Positions 17,682 through 26,715 of a DNA stretch of 34,222 nucleotides are shown here, one piece after another. Position numbers and translations under genes: made by a program. Within the stretch, counting starts at the first letter, position 1. Each line of letters begins with the position of its first letter. The DNA comes from a virus (lineage: Duplodnaviria > Caudoviricetes), in IMG/VR virus record IMGVR_UViG_3300038679_000375, positions 1-34,222 of that record; one strand, 5' to 3'. The notes under the pieces are model-generated. The model did no database searches and was not told the DNA's origin. It was given only the letters and a program-made list of their open reading frames with translations.

Positions 17682-20482
17682 TGCCTCAGACTACTATAGA
17701 CCAATTAATAATCAATTCTCCTTATCATGAACCACTATATTATTGGAAGTATGATCCAAAGACGAGGCTGTTTGATCGAGCAGAAGGCAGACGTCCAGCC
17801 GGATATGTAGTAGCAAGCGAAAGGTCAAGAGCTTATGATGACCCCGGTATATTTATTGAAATACCTTTGGTAAACCAAATTCGACCTAGGATAAAGACCT
17901 GGCGTGAGAATGGTTATCCAGGTGCAACTGGGATGACTAAGAGATTGTTATCATATTGGAATGACCCAGAAGAATTTGAAGCCAGGCGGTTTTTCTTTTG
18001 CCAGATGGAAGCGATAGAGACCATAATCTGGTTAGCAGAAGCAACATCTTCAGAAAAGACAGGCATTGATATTCCAAATGACGGGGGATTGTTTCAAAGA
18101 TTATGCTCTAAAATGGCAACTGGTTCGGGTAAAACCATTGTTATGGCTATGCTTATAGCCTGGCAGGTTCTAAATAAGGCGAATAACTCTCAAGACAAGA
18201 GATTTTCCAAAAACATTCTTGTTATGGCGCCTGGTTTGACTGTCAGGAATCGTCTGTCGGTGCTTTTACCTTCTGATGAAGACAATTATTATGAGAAATT
18301 CAGAATTGTTCCTGCGGCATTAATAGATAATCTTCGGCAGGGTAAAGTAATAGTACACAATTGGCATGCACTTGCTTGGGAATCAGATGAGCAAGTAAAA
18401 AAGAGAAGATCAGTAGATAAGCGTGGTGCAAAGAGTGATGAAGCATACTTAAGAGAGGTTCTGGGTGATATGGCACAAGCCAGGAACATAGTAGTGATAA
18501 ATGATGAAGCTCATCATGCCTGGCGTTTGAATGTTACCGCAGAAGGAAAGTATCTGAGATCCAGAGATATGAAAGATAGTGCTGAGGAAGCTACTATCTG
18601 GATAGGTGGTTTAGATCGCATACATAAGAACAGAAATATTATCAACTGCTATGACTTCAGCGCTACACCATTTACACCATCTGGAAAGAAAAACGACAAT
18701 GAGTCGTTATTTGGTTGGATTGTTAGCGATTTCGGATTAAATGATGCAATAGAATCTGGTTTAGTAAAAACACCCAGAGTAGTAATCCGGGACGACGTCC
18801 ACCCCAATGCAAGGACATATAAATCAAAACTTTACCACATTTACGATAATGATGAAGTGAAAGCAGATATAAACAGATCTGCTAAACCAGAGGAACCGTT
18901 ACCAGATTTAATACTTAATGCCTATTACTTACTCGGTTATGACTGGAGGGAGACTCTAAAAGCCTGGCAAGAGGTTAAACAGCTTGTTCCTCCAGTAATG
19001 ATAACTGTATGTAATAGAACTGAAACAGCAGCAAGAGTTAAACATTCCTTTGACTTCAGGAAAATCCATATAGATGAGCTGTGCGAGACAAGTAAGATTT
19101 TACACATTGACTCCAAAGTCTTAGATCTTGCTGAATCTCAGGATGTAGTAACAATCCGATTTAGTGAAAATGAACCTGATAGTGAACAAGAGGCACCCGA
19201 TAACGAACTTGAACCAAAGTTATCAAAAAAGGAGCAGGCTGAATTTTTACGAAGACAGGTAGATACAGTGGGTCAACTAGATAAAAATGGGAGACCCCTA
19301 CCTGGAAGTTTTATCCAAAATGTTATCTCAGTTGGCATGTTATCTGAAGGGTGGGATGCAAAAACTGTAACTCACATAATGGGATTACGAGCTTTTTCAA
19401 GTCAGTTACTTTGTGAACAAGTAGTCGGAAGAGGACTTAGAAGGACGACTTATGATGTTGATCCATCAACAGGTTTGTTTAGTCCAGAATACGTAAACAT
19501 CTTTGGCATCCCATTTACTTTTTTACCGCATGAAGGTGGAGAAGGCGCTCCACCACCTCCTCCAACCCCCAAAACTATGATAATGCCGGTAGATGATAAA
19601 GTTGAGTTCTGCATTTCCTGGCCTAATATCATTAGGATAGATAGAATCTTTAAACCAGTCTTAACGATTGACTGGGATAAGATTGAAACACTTGAATTGG
19701 ACTCGTTTTCTGTAAGACAAATTGCCGATTTAGCTCCTATAGTAGATGGAAAACCAGATATTACGAAAATCACTGAGATAGATTTGGAAAACCTCGCCAC
19801 CGAATTCAGGACTCAAAGGATTGTCTTTGAAGCAGCAAGAGATAACTTTCATTTAATGAGTGCGAGTTGGAAAGGCAATAAAGAATACTTGTTAGCGCAG
19901 CTAGTGAGATTAGTAGAAGAATTCATAATTTCTGATAAGATTGTCATAGAGCCTCCTGTATTCGGTTTCAGCGAATTAAGAAGACGAGTAGTGATTACGT
20001 TAAATATGAGTAAGGTGGTGCAGCATATTGGGGATGCAATTCGATTTTCCAATACTGAATGTTTAGAACCAATTTTCGATCGTGACCACCCAATTTTATC
20101 AACAGCAGATATGCCGATATGGTACACAAGTAAACCTTGTGAGGTAGCAACTAAATCTCATATCAATTATGTTGTGCTTGATAGCACTTGGGAATCATCA
20201 GAAGCCTTCCATCTGGATCATGACTCTACAATAGAAGCATGGGCGAAAAATGACCATTTGAACTTTGAAATACTATATATGTATCAAGGAATAGTACGTA
20301 AATATAGGCCTGATTATCTTATCCGCAAAAAGAATGGTGACATGTGCATATTGGAAACGAAAGGACAAGAAACCGATCAAGATAGAGTCAAGAAGCGTTT
20401 TCTGATGGAATGGATAGATGCTGTAAATCAACATGGCGGATTTGGTTATTGGAAGTTACTTGAGTCACTCTTTAATAAGTAA
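17681..20482 (+). CDS. res: Type III R-M restriction subunit (SF2 helicase + PD-(D/E)xK nuclease)
   Basis: MATGSGKT, INDEAHH, FSATP, LSEGWD, QVVGRGLR and C-terminal RPDY...LETKG. Confidence 0.92.
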   Translation: MPQTTIDQLIINSPYHEPLYYWKYDPKTRLFDRAEGRRPAGYVVASERSRAYDDPGIFIEIPLVNQIRPRIKTWRENGYPGATGMTKRLLSYWNDPEEFEARRFFFCQMEAIETIIWLAEATSSEKTGIDIPNDGGLFQRLCSKMATGSGKTIVMAMLIAWQVLNKANNSQDKRFSKNILVMAPGLTVRNRLSVLLPSDEDNYYEKFRIVPAALIDNLRQGKVIVHNWHALAWESDEQVKKRRSVDKRGAKSDEAYLREVLGDMAQARNIVVINDEAHHAWRLNVTAEGKYLRSRDMKDSAEEATIWIGGLDRIHKNRNIINCYDFSATPFTPSGKKNDNESLFGWIVSDFGLNDAIESGLVKTPRVVIRDDVHPNARTYKSKLYHIYDNDEVKADINRSAKPEEPLPDLILNAYYLLGYDWRETLKAWQEVKQLVPPVMITVCNRTETAARVKHSFDFRKIHIDELCETSKILHIDSKVLDLAESQDVVTIRFSENEPDSEQEAPDNELEPKLSKKEQAEFLRRQVDTVGQLDKNGRPLPGSFIQNVISVGMLSEGWDAKTVTHIMGLRAFSSQLLCEQVVGRGLRRTTYDVDPSTGLFSPEYVNIFGIPFTFLPHEGGEGAPPPPPTPKTMIMPVDDKVEFCISWPNIIRIDRIFKPVLTIDWDKIETLELDSFSVRQIADLAPIVDGKPDITKITEIDLENLATEFRTQRIVFEAARDNFHLMSASWKGNKEYLLAQLVRLVEEFIISDKIVIEPPVFGFSELRRRVVITLNMSKVVQHIGDAIRFSNTECLEPIFDRDHPILSTADMPIWYTSKPCEVATKSHINYVVLDSTWESSEAFHLDHDSTIEAWAKNDHLNFEILYMYQGIVRKYRPDYLIRKKNGDMCILETKGQETDQDRVKKRFLMEWIDAVNQHGGFGYWKLLESLFNK

Positions 20483-20497
20483 ATTGGGGCTACGTAT

Positions 20498-22459
20498 ATG
20501 AAACTTACAAATATTGTTATCAAGAATTATAAATCATTAAAGGATATCTCAATAGATTTAGATAATCTACATGCTTTAGTTGGTGCTAATAGTTCTGGTA
20601 AATCTAACCTTTTACGAGCATTGGATTTCCTTTTCAATCCGAGCAGTAAGTTTGTTTCGGAGGATACTTTTTGGAGTAAGGACACTGAAAACGAAATTAG
20701 AATCGAAGCATTGTTTAAAGACCTTACGGAAAATGAAAAAGAGAAACTTGATCCTTACTTATTGCCTGATGGTTCTTTTAATATAGCTCGATACGCTAAA
20801 ATTGGGGCATCTCCACAAAACGATGACACAGAAATTGTGGACTCTAAAGTATTTATTGGGCAACAATATAGAAAATTAGTACCTAAAATAACCTGGTTGC
20901 AAGAAACCAATATTAATGCAAGTAATATATCTGATTGGTGGAGTAAAAAAGAAGACCTTACAGTCGGAAGTCATAACTTCTACGAATTTCTTGATTCAAC
21001 CTCAAAACCAGGAGTTGGTGATTGGAAAGCTAAAGCCAGTCAGTTTGTTTTAACTTATAAAGATGGTATAGAAATGGATAGTTCTTGGATTGATAATCCT
21101 AAGGGTTATGCGGGTGTGCTTAAAGGATGTTTACCATGTTTTGTTTTAGTTCCTGCTGTAAAAGATGTTACAGATGAATCAAAGGGTACTAAAAGTAGTC
21201 CTTTTGGAAAACTCATTAACCATATTATTTCTAGTGTTTCAGATGCAAAGCAAAAAGCTATAAAAGAAGCTCTTAGTGAAATCAGTGGTCATTTAAATCG
21301 AGTTGGAGCTGATAAAAGAGTCCCATTAATTGCTCAGACTGAAAAGGAACTAAAAAAACTTCTGAATGATATTTTCCCAGAATGCGATCTTGAAATAGAA
21401 TTTGAAACTCCGACATTAGAATTATTGTTGAGTGCACCTAAATTATATATAGATGATGGTTTAAGGAATACGGTTGAAAATAAGGGGCATGGGTTACAAA
21501 GGGCAGTCATCTTCTCTATATTACGACAATATGCAGATTATAACTCTATACAATCGGACGGTAATAAAAAATCTCTCATAATTGCTATTGAAGAGCCCGA
21601 ACTATATATGCATCCACAAGCTCAAAGGACTATAAGGAGTGTGTTAAAACGTATAGCACAAGGATCTGATCAAGTCTTATTTTCAACTCATTCATCCCTT
21701 TTGGTTGATGTTACAAACTTTGATGAGATTGTTCGTTTTGAGATACAGGTAGACGAACATAAAGGTGAGAGGACTAATACTTCAAGAATTTGGCAACTCT
21801 CCATGAAAAGCCTTATAGAAGACCTCATTAATAGACATCCCGGTATTAATCCTACTGGTGATTCAATGAGGGAATTGTATGCTAATTCTTACAATACGAA
21901 TAGAAATGAGGGATTTTTTGCATCAAAGATAATTCTTGTTGAGGGTCAAACTGAGGCTTACTGTCTTCCAATTTATGCTGATTACATAGAAGGTTGCGCT
22001 TTTGATCCCAAGGGTATAAGTGTAATAGAATGTGGAGGTAAGGGGTCAATGGACAGACTTTATCGTATTTTTAATGAATTACATATTCCTTGCTATATCC
22101 TTATAGACTACGATTTTGGTAATTCAAATACGAATATAACTGACAAATCAATTGAACTCATCAACCTAGTTGGGGATAAGTCACAATATCAAGGATCATT
22201 GTATATATCAGACAAGATAGCTTATTTTCCAATAAAATGGGAGACACAATTATCAGGTGATATTGCAAATTATTCTGCATTAGAAGGGCAAGCTTGTACG
22301 GCTCTTGGAATTTCAAAGGATGGAAGTAAACCACTTATTGGTCGCTATATCGCAAGATGGTTAGTTTCGCAAACACCTTCCCAGATACCAATTTGCATCG
22401 AACAGATAATAAAAAAAGCATGTGGAATTACTTGGTATGCTAGTTGTTTAACAAAATGA
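20498..22459 (+). CDS. OLD-family ATP-dependent endonuclease (ABC ATPase + TOPRIM)
   Basis: GANSSGKS Walker A, GHGLQR signature, IEEPELYMHP Walker B, STHS H-loop, and TOPRIM ILVEGQTE plus DYD. Confidence 0.88.
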   Translation: MKLTNIVIKNYKSLKDISIDLDNLHALVGANSSGKSNLLRALDFLFNPSSKFVSEDTFWSKDTENEIRIEALFKDLTENEKEKLDPYLLPDGSFNIARYAKIGASPQNDDTEIVDSKVFIGQQYRKLVPKITWLQETNINASNISDWWSKKEDLTVGSHNFYEFLDSTSKPGVGDWKAKASQFVLTYKDGIEMDSSWIDNPKGYAGVLKGCLPCFVLVPAVKDVTDESKGTKSSPFGKLINHIISSVSDAKQKAIKEALSEISGHLNRVGADKRVPLIAQTEKELKKLLNDIFPECDLEIEFETPTLELLLSAPKLYIDDGLRNTVENKGHGLQRAVIFSILRQYADYNSIQSDGNKKSLIIAIEEPELYMHPQAQRTIRSVLKRIAQGSDQVLFSTHSSLLVDVTNFDEIVRFEIQVDEHKGERTNTSRIWQLSMKSLIEDLINRHPGINPTGDSMRELYANSYNTNRNEGFFASKIILVEGQTEAYCLPIYADYIEGCAFDPKGISVIECGGKGSMDRLYRIFNELHIPCYILIDYDFGNSNTNITDKSIELINLVGDKSQYQGSLYISDKIAYFPIKWETQLSGDIANYSALEGQACTALGISKDGSKPLIGRYIARWLVSQTPSQIPICIEQIIKKACGITWYASCLTK

Positions 22460-22575
22460 TATAGTGAATTTGATAGTACAATGCAAATTTTTATTTATGA
22501 AGTAGTTATTTGATAATTATAAAATTCGCAAGATATGTATAGCCGGAAAATTAAGGCTAGCAATTAGGAGAAATT

Positions 22576-24948
22576 ATGATTAATAAAGAAGATCTCTCTA
22601 AAATGGCCAGAAACATACCTTTTGCTGATCGAGTAAATTGCTTGATGCAGTATTCAGAAGTTGAATTGCACCACCATTTAGAAAATCTCTATTACCAGAT
22701 ACAGTCTGATCAACAGGTCTTTATAACTCATGGAACTAATGAACTAGGTAAGGACTTGATAATAATACAACCTAGTAAAATAGCTATGTTTGTTACTGCT
22801 GTCATAGTTAAGAAAGGAGTGTTATCAGGAAAATCTTCTGGTGCAATTGATGATGTTCATAATAAGATAAGTCGATATAAAAATTTGAGCAAAGCAACAC
22901 TAAGCGAATTAGAAAGTCAAGTCAGGCAATCAAGCAGCCACAATGCTAATATTGAGTTTTCTGTTGAGAATTTCAAAATAGATAAAATAATATTAGTTAT
23001 TGTTGGCAACATCACACATAATGCTCTCAAAAGGTTGGAAGAGTTAACTTCAGTTGGTATAATTGTCCAAGATATTAAATGGCTTGTAGATAATTTCACT
23101 GAGTATTATCCACAGGTATATTTTGAATCTGATCTGTACGATTTTGTAAGCGACCAAATCATTAGTGTTGAACAAGAACACTGGCTTTCAAAAAAGAACA
23201 TCAATCTGAGTGAATATTATGTTAACCCTACCATAATCAAGTACAAGTACACTACAACAGTCAATGAGAAAACGCTTGAGGAACTTATACAGAATCAACC
23301 AATAGATTTTAGTGAATTCAAGAGTTTTGTGGATAGTAATAAAGCCATCATTATTGTAGGAGAACCTGGAACAGGTAAAACAGGATTACTTAACAAACTC
23401 ACATTGGAGTACTTAAGTTCAGCTTCTCACGATATTGTTACTTCAAAGCATACAAAAGCACAGATTCCAATTTATATCCGAGCAACTGACTTATATAACA
23501 TAGAGGATATAAGTGAGATTAACGCTCGAATACCTCAAGAAGTTATAAATAGAATCCAGATATCAGGGATATTTGTTGATGCCCTAGATGAATTACATTC
23601 GAATAAAAGGCTTGAAGTAGTTGAAAAGGCAAAACGATTTTCTGAACAGTTATCTTGTGCAGTTATTATAACAAGTAGAAATATTAGCTGCCTGCATAAC
23701 ATAGATCATGGATTTGCGAAATACGAACTACTTCCTTTTGATATTAAACAAGCTGTTGATTTGTTTAGAAAACTGTACAAAAATGATTTTAGTAAAATTG
23801 AAATACTAAGCAAATTATATGACGAACTATGCCATCAAGTTAGTCTTGCTCCTTTATCACTTCATCTTTTAATAGAATTGGTCGAATATCACCATGAAGC
23901 CCCTGCATCAGTAACAGAATTGTATCAAAGGTATTTTGATATGATTTTCGGAAGATGGGACATTGAAAAAGGGCTTTCAGTACTATTTGATTATGTGGTT
24001 TTGAATTCTTACTTATCAAAACTAGCATATGAGTGTTACTTTAAGCAGAGTAAAATCGAAATAGATCTTAATGATTATCATGAGTTTACGAAACAATATT
24101 GTATTGATAAAGATTATTCTATTGATGATTTTAACAATCTGATTAGTGTTGTTGAACGATCTGGAGTTTTACGAGTCGATAATCAAGTGTATTTTAAACA
24201 TAGAACATTTCTGGATTACTTTACAGGGCTTTACATCCATGATAATAAAGAACAATTCAGCGATTTGATGGATTTCTTATCTGAAATCTACTATGATGAT
24301 GTATGGTATGACGTTTCGTTTTATTATGTTGGTCATGAGAGAATACTTAAAAGTGTTCTATTGGAAAAATTGTTACAAAGAACAGATGATAGTTTTCAGG
24401 TTCTTGTCAGTAAACTAGAATTAGGTCGTTTGCTTCAAGCAGGCTGGAATTCAGATAGAAGTGTAAAACATGACACAATATTGAATTCTGTTAAGTATGC
24501 ATCTATCTGTAGGGAAAGACTATATAATTTAACTAAAGACGCAAAATTCGACATGATTTACAATGACTTCCTTGTACTGATATTAGCAGAATTATCTTTT
24601 GGTTCCTTCGTAATCAGTAAATCTGTTTTAGAGATAGTAAACCAAAATCTATCAAATCTCACCGAAGATAATATATATGATACAATTGTTTTAATTTGGG
24701 CTTCAAGACGACACATTGAAATTAAACAATTATCAGAACACATTGACATATTACTTAAAACATTGCCTAAGATGAAACTCAAAGAAAAAGAGCTCATTAA
24801 TCTGTATAGGTTCTTGGAGATCATTAGTAAAAAAGATGAACTCCATCATGAAAAAATCATCAAGAGACTGTCTTCAATATTTGAAAACAACAAAGATATT
24901 AATAGAAAGTTCATCAGAGATCATGTACTGCCACAAAAACGAAAGTAG
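22576..24948 (+). CDS. NACHT/STAND NTPase with N-terminal restriction-endonuclease-like domain (NLR-like defence candidate)
   Basis: N-terminal HGTNELGKDLI; GEPGTGKT Walker A; FVDALDE Walker B; IITSR; FKHRTFLDYF winged-helix motif; helical C-terminus; AGGAG SD. Confidence 0.8.
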   Translation: MINKEDLSKMARNIPFADRVNCLMQYSEVELHHHLENLYYQIQSDQQVFITHGTNELGKDLIIIQPSKIAMFVTAVIVKKGVLSGKSSGAIDDVHNKISRYKNLSKATLSELESQVRQSSSHNANIEFSVENFKIDKIILVIVGNITHNALKRLEELTSVGIIVQDIKWLVDNFTEYYPQVYFESDLYDFVSDQIISVEQEHWLSKKNINLSEYYVNPTIIKYKYTTTVNEKTLEELIQNQPIDFSEFKSFVDSNKAIIIVGEPGTGKTGLLNKLTLEYLSSASHDIVTSKHTKAQIPIYIRATDLYNIEDISEINARIPQEVINRIQISGIFVDALDELHSNKRLEVVEKAKRFSEQLSCAVIITSRNISCLHNIDHGFAKYELLPFDIKQAVDLFRKLYKNDFSKIEILSKLYDELCHQVSLAPLSLHLLIELVEYHHEAPASVTELYQRYFDMIFGRWDIEKGLSVLFDYVVLNSYLSKLAYECYFKQSKIEIDLNDYHEFTKQYCIDKDYSIDDFNNLISVVERSGVLRVDNQVYFKHRTFLDYFTGLYIHDNKEQFSDLMDFLSEIYYDDVWYDVSFYYVGHERILKSVLLEKLLQRTDDSFQVLVSKLELGRLLQAGWNSDRSVKHDTILNSVKYASICRERLYNLTKDAKFDMIYNDFLVLILAELSFGSFVISKSVLEIVNQNLSNLTEDNIYDTIVLIWASRRHIEIKQLSEHIDILLKTLPKMKLKEKELINLYRFLEIISKKDELHHEKIIKRLSSIFENNKDINRKFIRDHVLPQKRK

Positions 24949-24977
24949 AAAAAGCACCCTTTCAAAATTAACTGAAT

Positions 24978-25835
24978 ATGGCTTTCAAGGAATCTGTTAA
25001 AGATCAAGCCCTGTGTGCATCAGGAAGGAACTGCTGTCTATGCAGAAAGTACTGCGGTACTAAGGTTGAAACACACCATATAATCCCCACATCAAATGGT
25101 GGTGATGATAGTTATGACAATTGTGTTGTTCTATGCTTCAACTGCCATGCTGAAGTTGAAAATTATAATCCCAATCATCCCAAAGGCAGGAAAATAACAG
25201 CAGACGAGCTGAAACGCCTACGAGACCATCTTTATCAACAAGTTGCTGATGGCACATTTATCCCAGTTTATTATTCTAGTGAAGAGAGTTTAGAATTTAT
25301 CTTAGTAACTGGTAAAAATAATGTTGTTGCTGGTCGAGACATAAATCTAAATCCTAAGATTGTTCACAATACTAATGTCCTGTACGATGCAGGAGGTAAG
25401 CATATAACTACTGAAACAGCAGCTAAAATTACGAATCTAGTTAAAGAACTCTGTGAAATTAAACATGCTGCTGGTTATTCAATAGCCCAAGCTCGTGCAG
25501 AAGTTTGGAGCTCTTTTAAGAATCGTTTCAAAGTACCAAAGTATGAGTTAATACCTCTTGAACAAAGTGAAGAAGCAATAAATTACTTATATACCCAGAT
25601 TAATATGGCAATGCCTTCAATTCGTAATAAAGATCCTGAACTATGGAGGAAAAAACTTTATACATCCATACATGCAAGAGCAAAGGACTTAGGAATTGAG
25701 AAAGAAGGGCTTTATCAAATAGCTTATAAAGACATACCCTTAAAATCCCCATGTACATCACTAAAAGATCTCAATATGCGTGATTTAAAAAGGCTCAATA
25801 CAATACTTATCAATCAGCAAAGAAAAACCAGCTAG
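24978..25835 (+). CDS. HNH endonuclease with C-terminal ORF6C-like and GemA-like helical domains
   Basis: CCLC...HHIIP..GGDD..DN...LCFNCH; 'VWSSFKNRFKVPKYELIP...EEAINYL' resembles ORF6C. Confidence 0.78.
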   Translation: MAFKESVKDQALCASGRNCCLCRKYCGTKVETHHIIPTSNGGDDSYDNCVVLCFNCHAEVENYNPNHPKGRKITADELKRLRDHLYQQVADGTFIPVYYSSEESLEFILVTGKNNVVAGRDINLNPKIVHNTNVLYDAGGKHITTETAAKITNLVKELCEIKHAAGYSIAQARAEVWSSFKNRFKVPKYELIPLEQSEEAINYLYTQINMAMPSIRNKDPELWRKKLYTSIHARAKDLGIEKEGLYQIAYKDIPLKSPCTSLKDLNMRDLKRLNTILINQQRKTS

Positions 25836-25839
25836 GCTC

Positions 25840-26715
25840 TTAGACAATAATAGTCGTTGTTCTGCACTTCCAATGAAACGGAGGAAAGGGTGTATGCGCT
25901 CCTGAGACACCGATAGGCTCATTATTATTGTTAAAGACTATCTGGTCATTCTTTACCCAAGGGGCAAGGGCTTTGATGTACTCCCGGGCATCATCCAGGC
26001 TGTTTGACTTGGTATCCAATGCCATCAGGTTATCCATCACTTCCACTGCATCGTTTAGGGGATAGACCTTATCCTGGGCTGCCAGAGCCCGGCAGATGTC
26101 ACTGGTGCGGTCATCCAGAATAACCACTAATTTGTAATACTTAGCTTGGGCTTTCCGGTATCCATGCAGTCTGCCGAACTCACGTATCCGGAGTGCAGTA
26201 TGCTCTGCCAATCCCTGCCAGTAAGACTGGGATTTATCAGCAATGTCGCTGAACTGCTGTTTTAGAGTCTCTGTAAGCATTTCTTTGGTATAGCCTTGAT
26301 CTATGGCTTGAGTGAGCACATCTGTGAAGTTCTGCCGTATATCTGATTCAAAATGATTACCGAGCCAGAAGATCTGCTGTTTCTGAATGGTGGATGATAA
26401 GTGCTGGTCTTCAATGCCCCATAACCCCACTGATATCTTAACCGGTGCTTGAACTTGGGTATCTCTTAATCCTAGCCTGACACAGCGGTCGATAATTGCT
26501 TTGGTCGGCTCATTGACCTGAGCTGCAAAGTCATCTCCTAGTTGGGTATTAATTATGTCCATCATCTTATCTATCTGGGTTTTGCTGAGTTTCTCGGACT
26601 TGGGCATCTCACTCAGCATTTGGATAGCTAATCTGGCAGCATCCCTGACTTCTGTCTTCCATGTATTATTCAAGACCCGGTAGTACTCGAGCATGAGCTG
26701 ATCATAATAGTTCAT
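25840..26715 (-). CDS. MuF / SPP1 gp7-like head morphogenesis protein
   Basis: 'DDRTSDICRAL' and 'PPFHWKCRT' motifs; no toxin extension. Confidence 0.88.
   Translation of the reverse strand: MNYYDQLMLEYYRVLNNTWKTEVRDAARLAIQMLSEMPKSEKLSKTQIDKMMDIINTQLGDDFAAQVNEPTKAIIDRCVRLGLRDTQVQAPVKISVGLWGIEDQHLSSTIQKQQIFWLGNHFESDIRQNFTDVLTQAIDQGYTKEMLTETLKQQFSDIADKSQSYWQGLAEHTALRIREFGRLHGYRKAQAKYYKLVVILDDRTSDICRALAAQDKVYPLNDAVEVMDNLMALDTKSNSLDDAREYIKALAPWVKNDQIVFNNNNEPIGVSGAHTPFPPFHWKCRTTTIIV

Noticed and set aside
20498-22459. Gabija or retron-associated system
   Set aside because: No UvrD-like GajB and no reverse transcriptase in the window.
24951-24960. AAAGCACCCT also present at 29024-29033
   Set aside because: A 10-bp match is expected by chance many times in 34 kb.
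25840-26715. MuF polymorphic toxin
   Set aside because: The protein ends right after the HxxCR motif, with no toxin extension or immunity gene.
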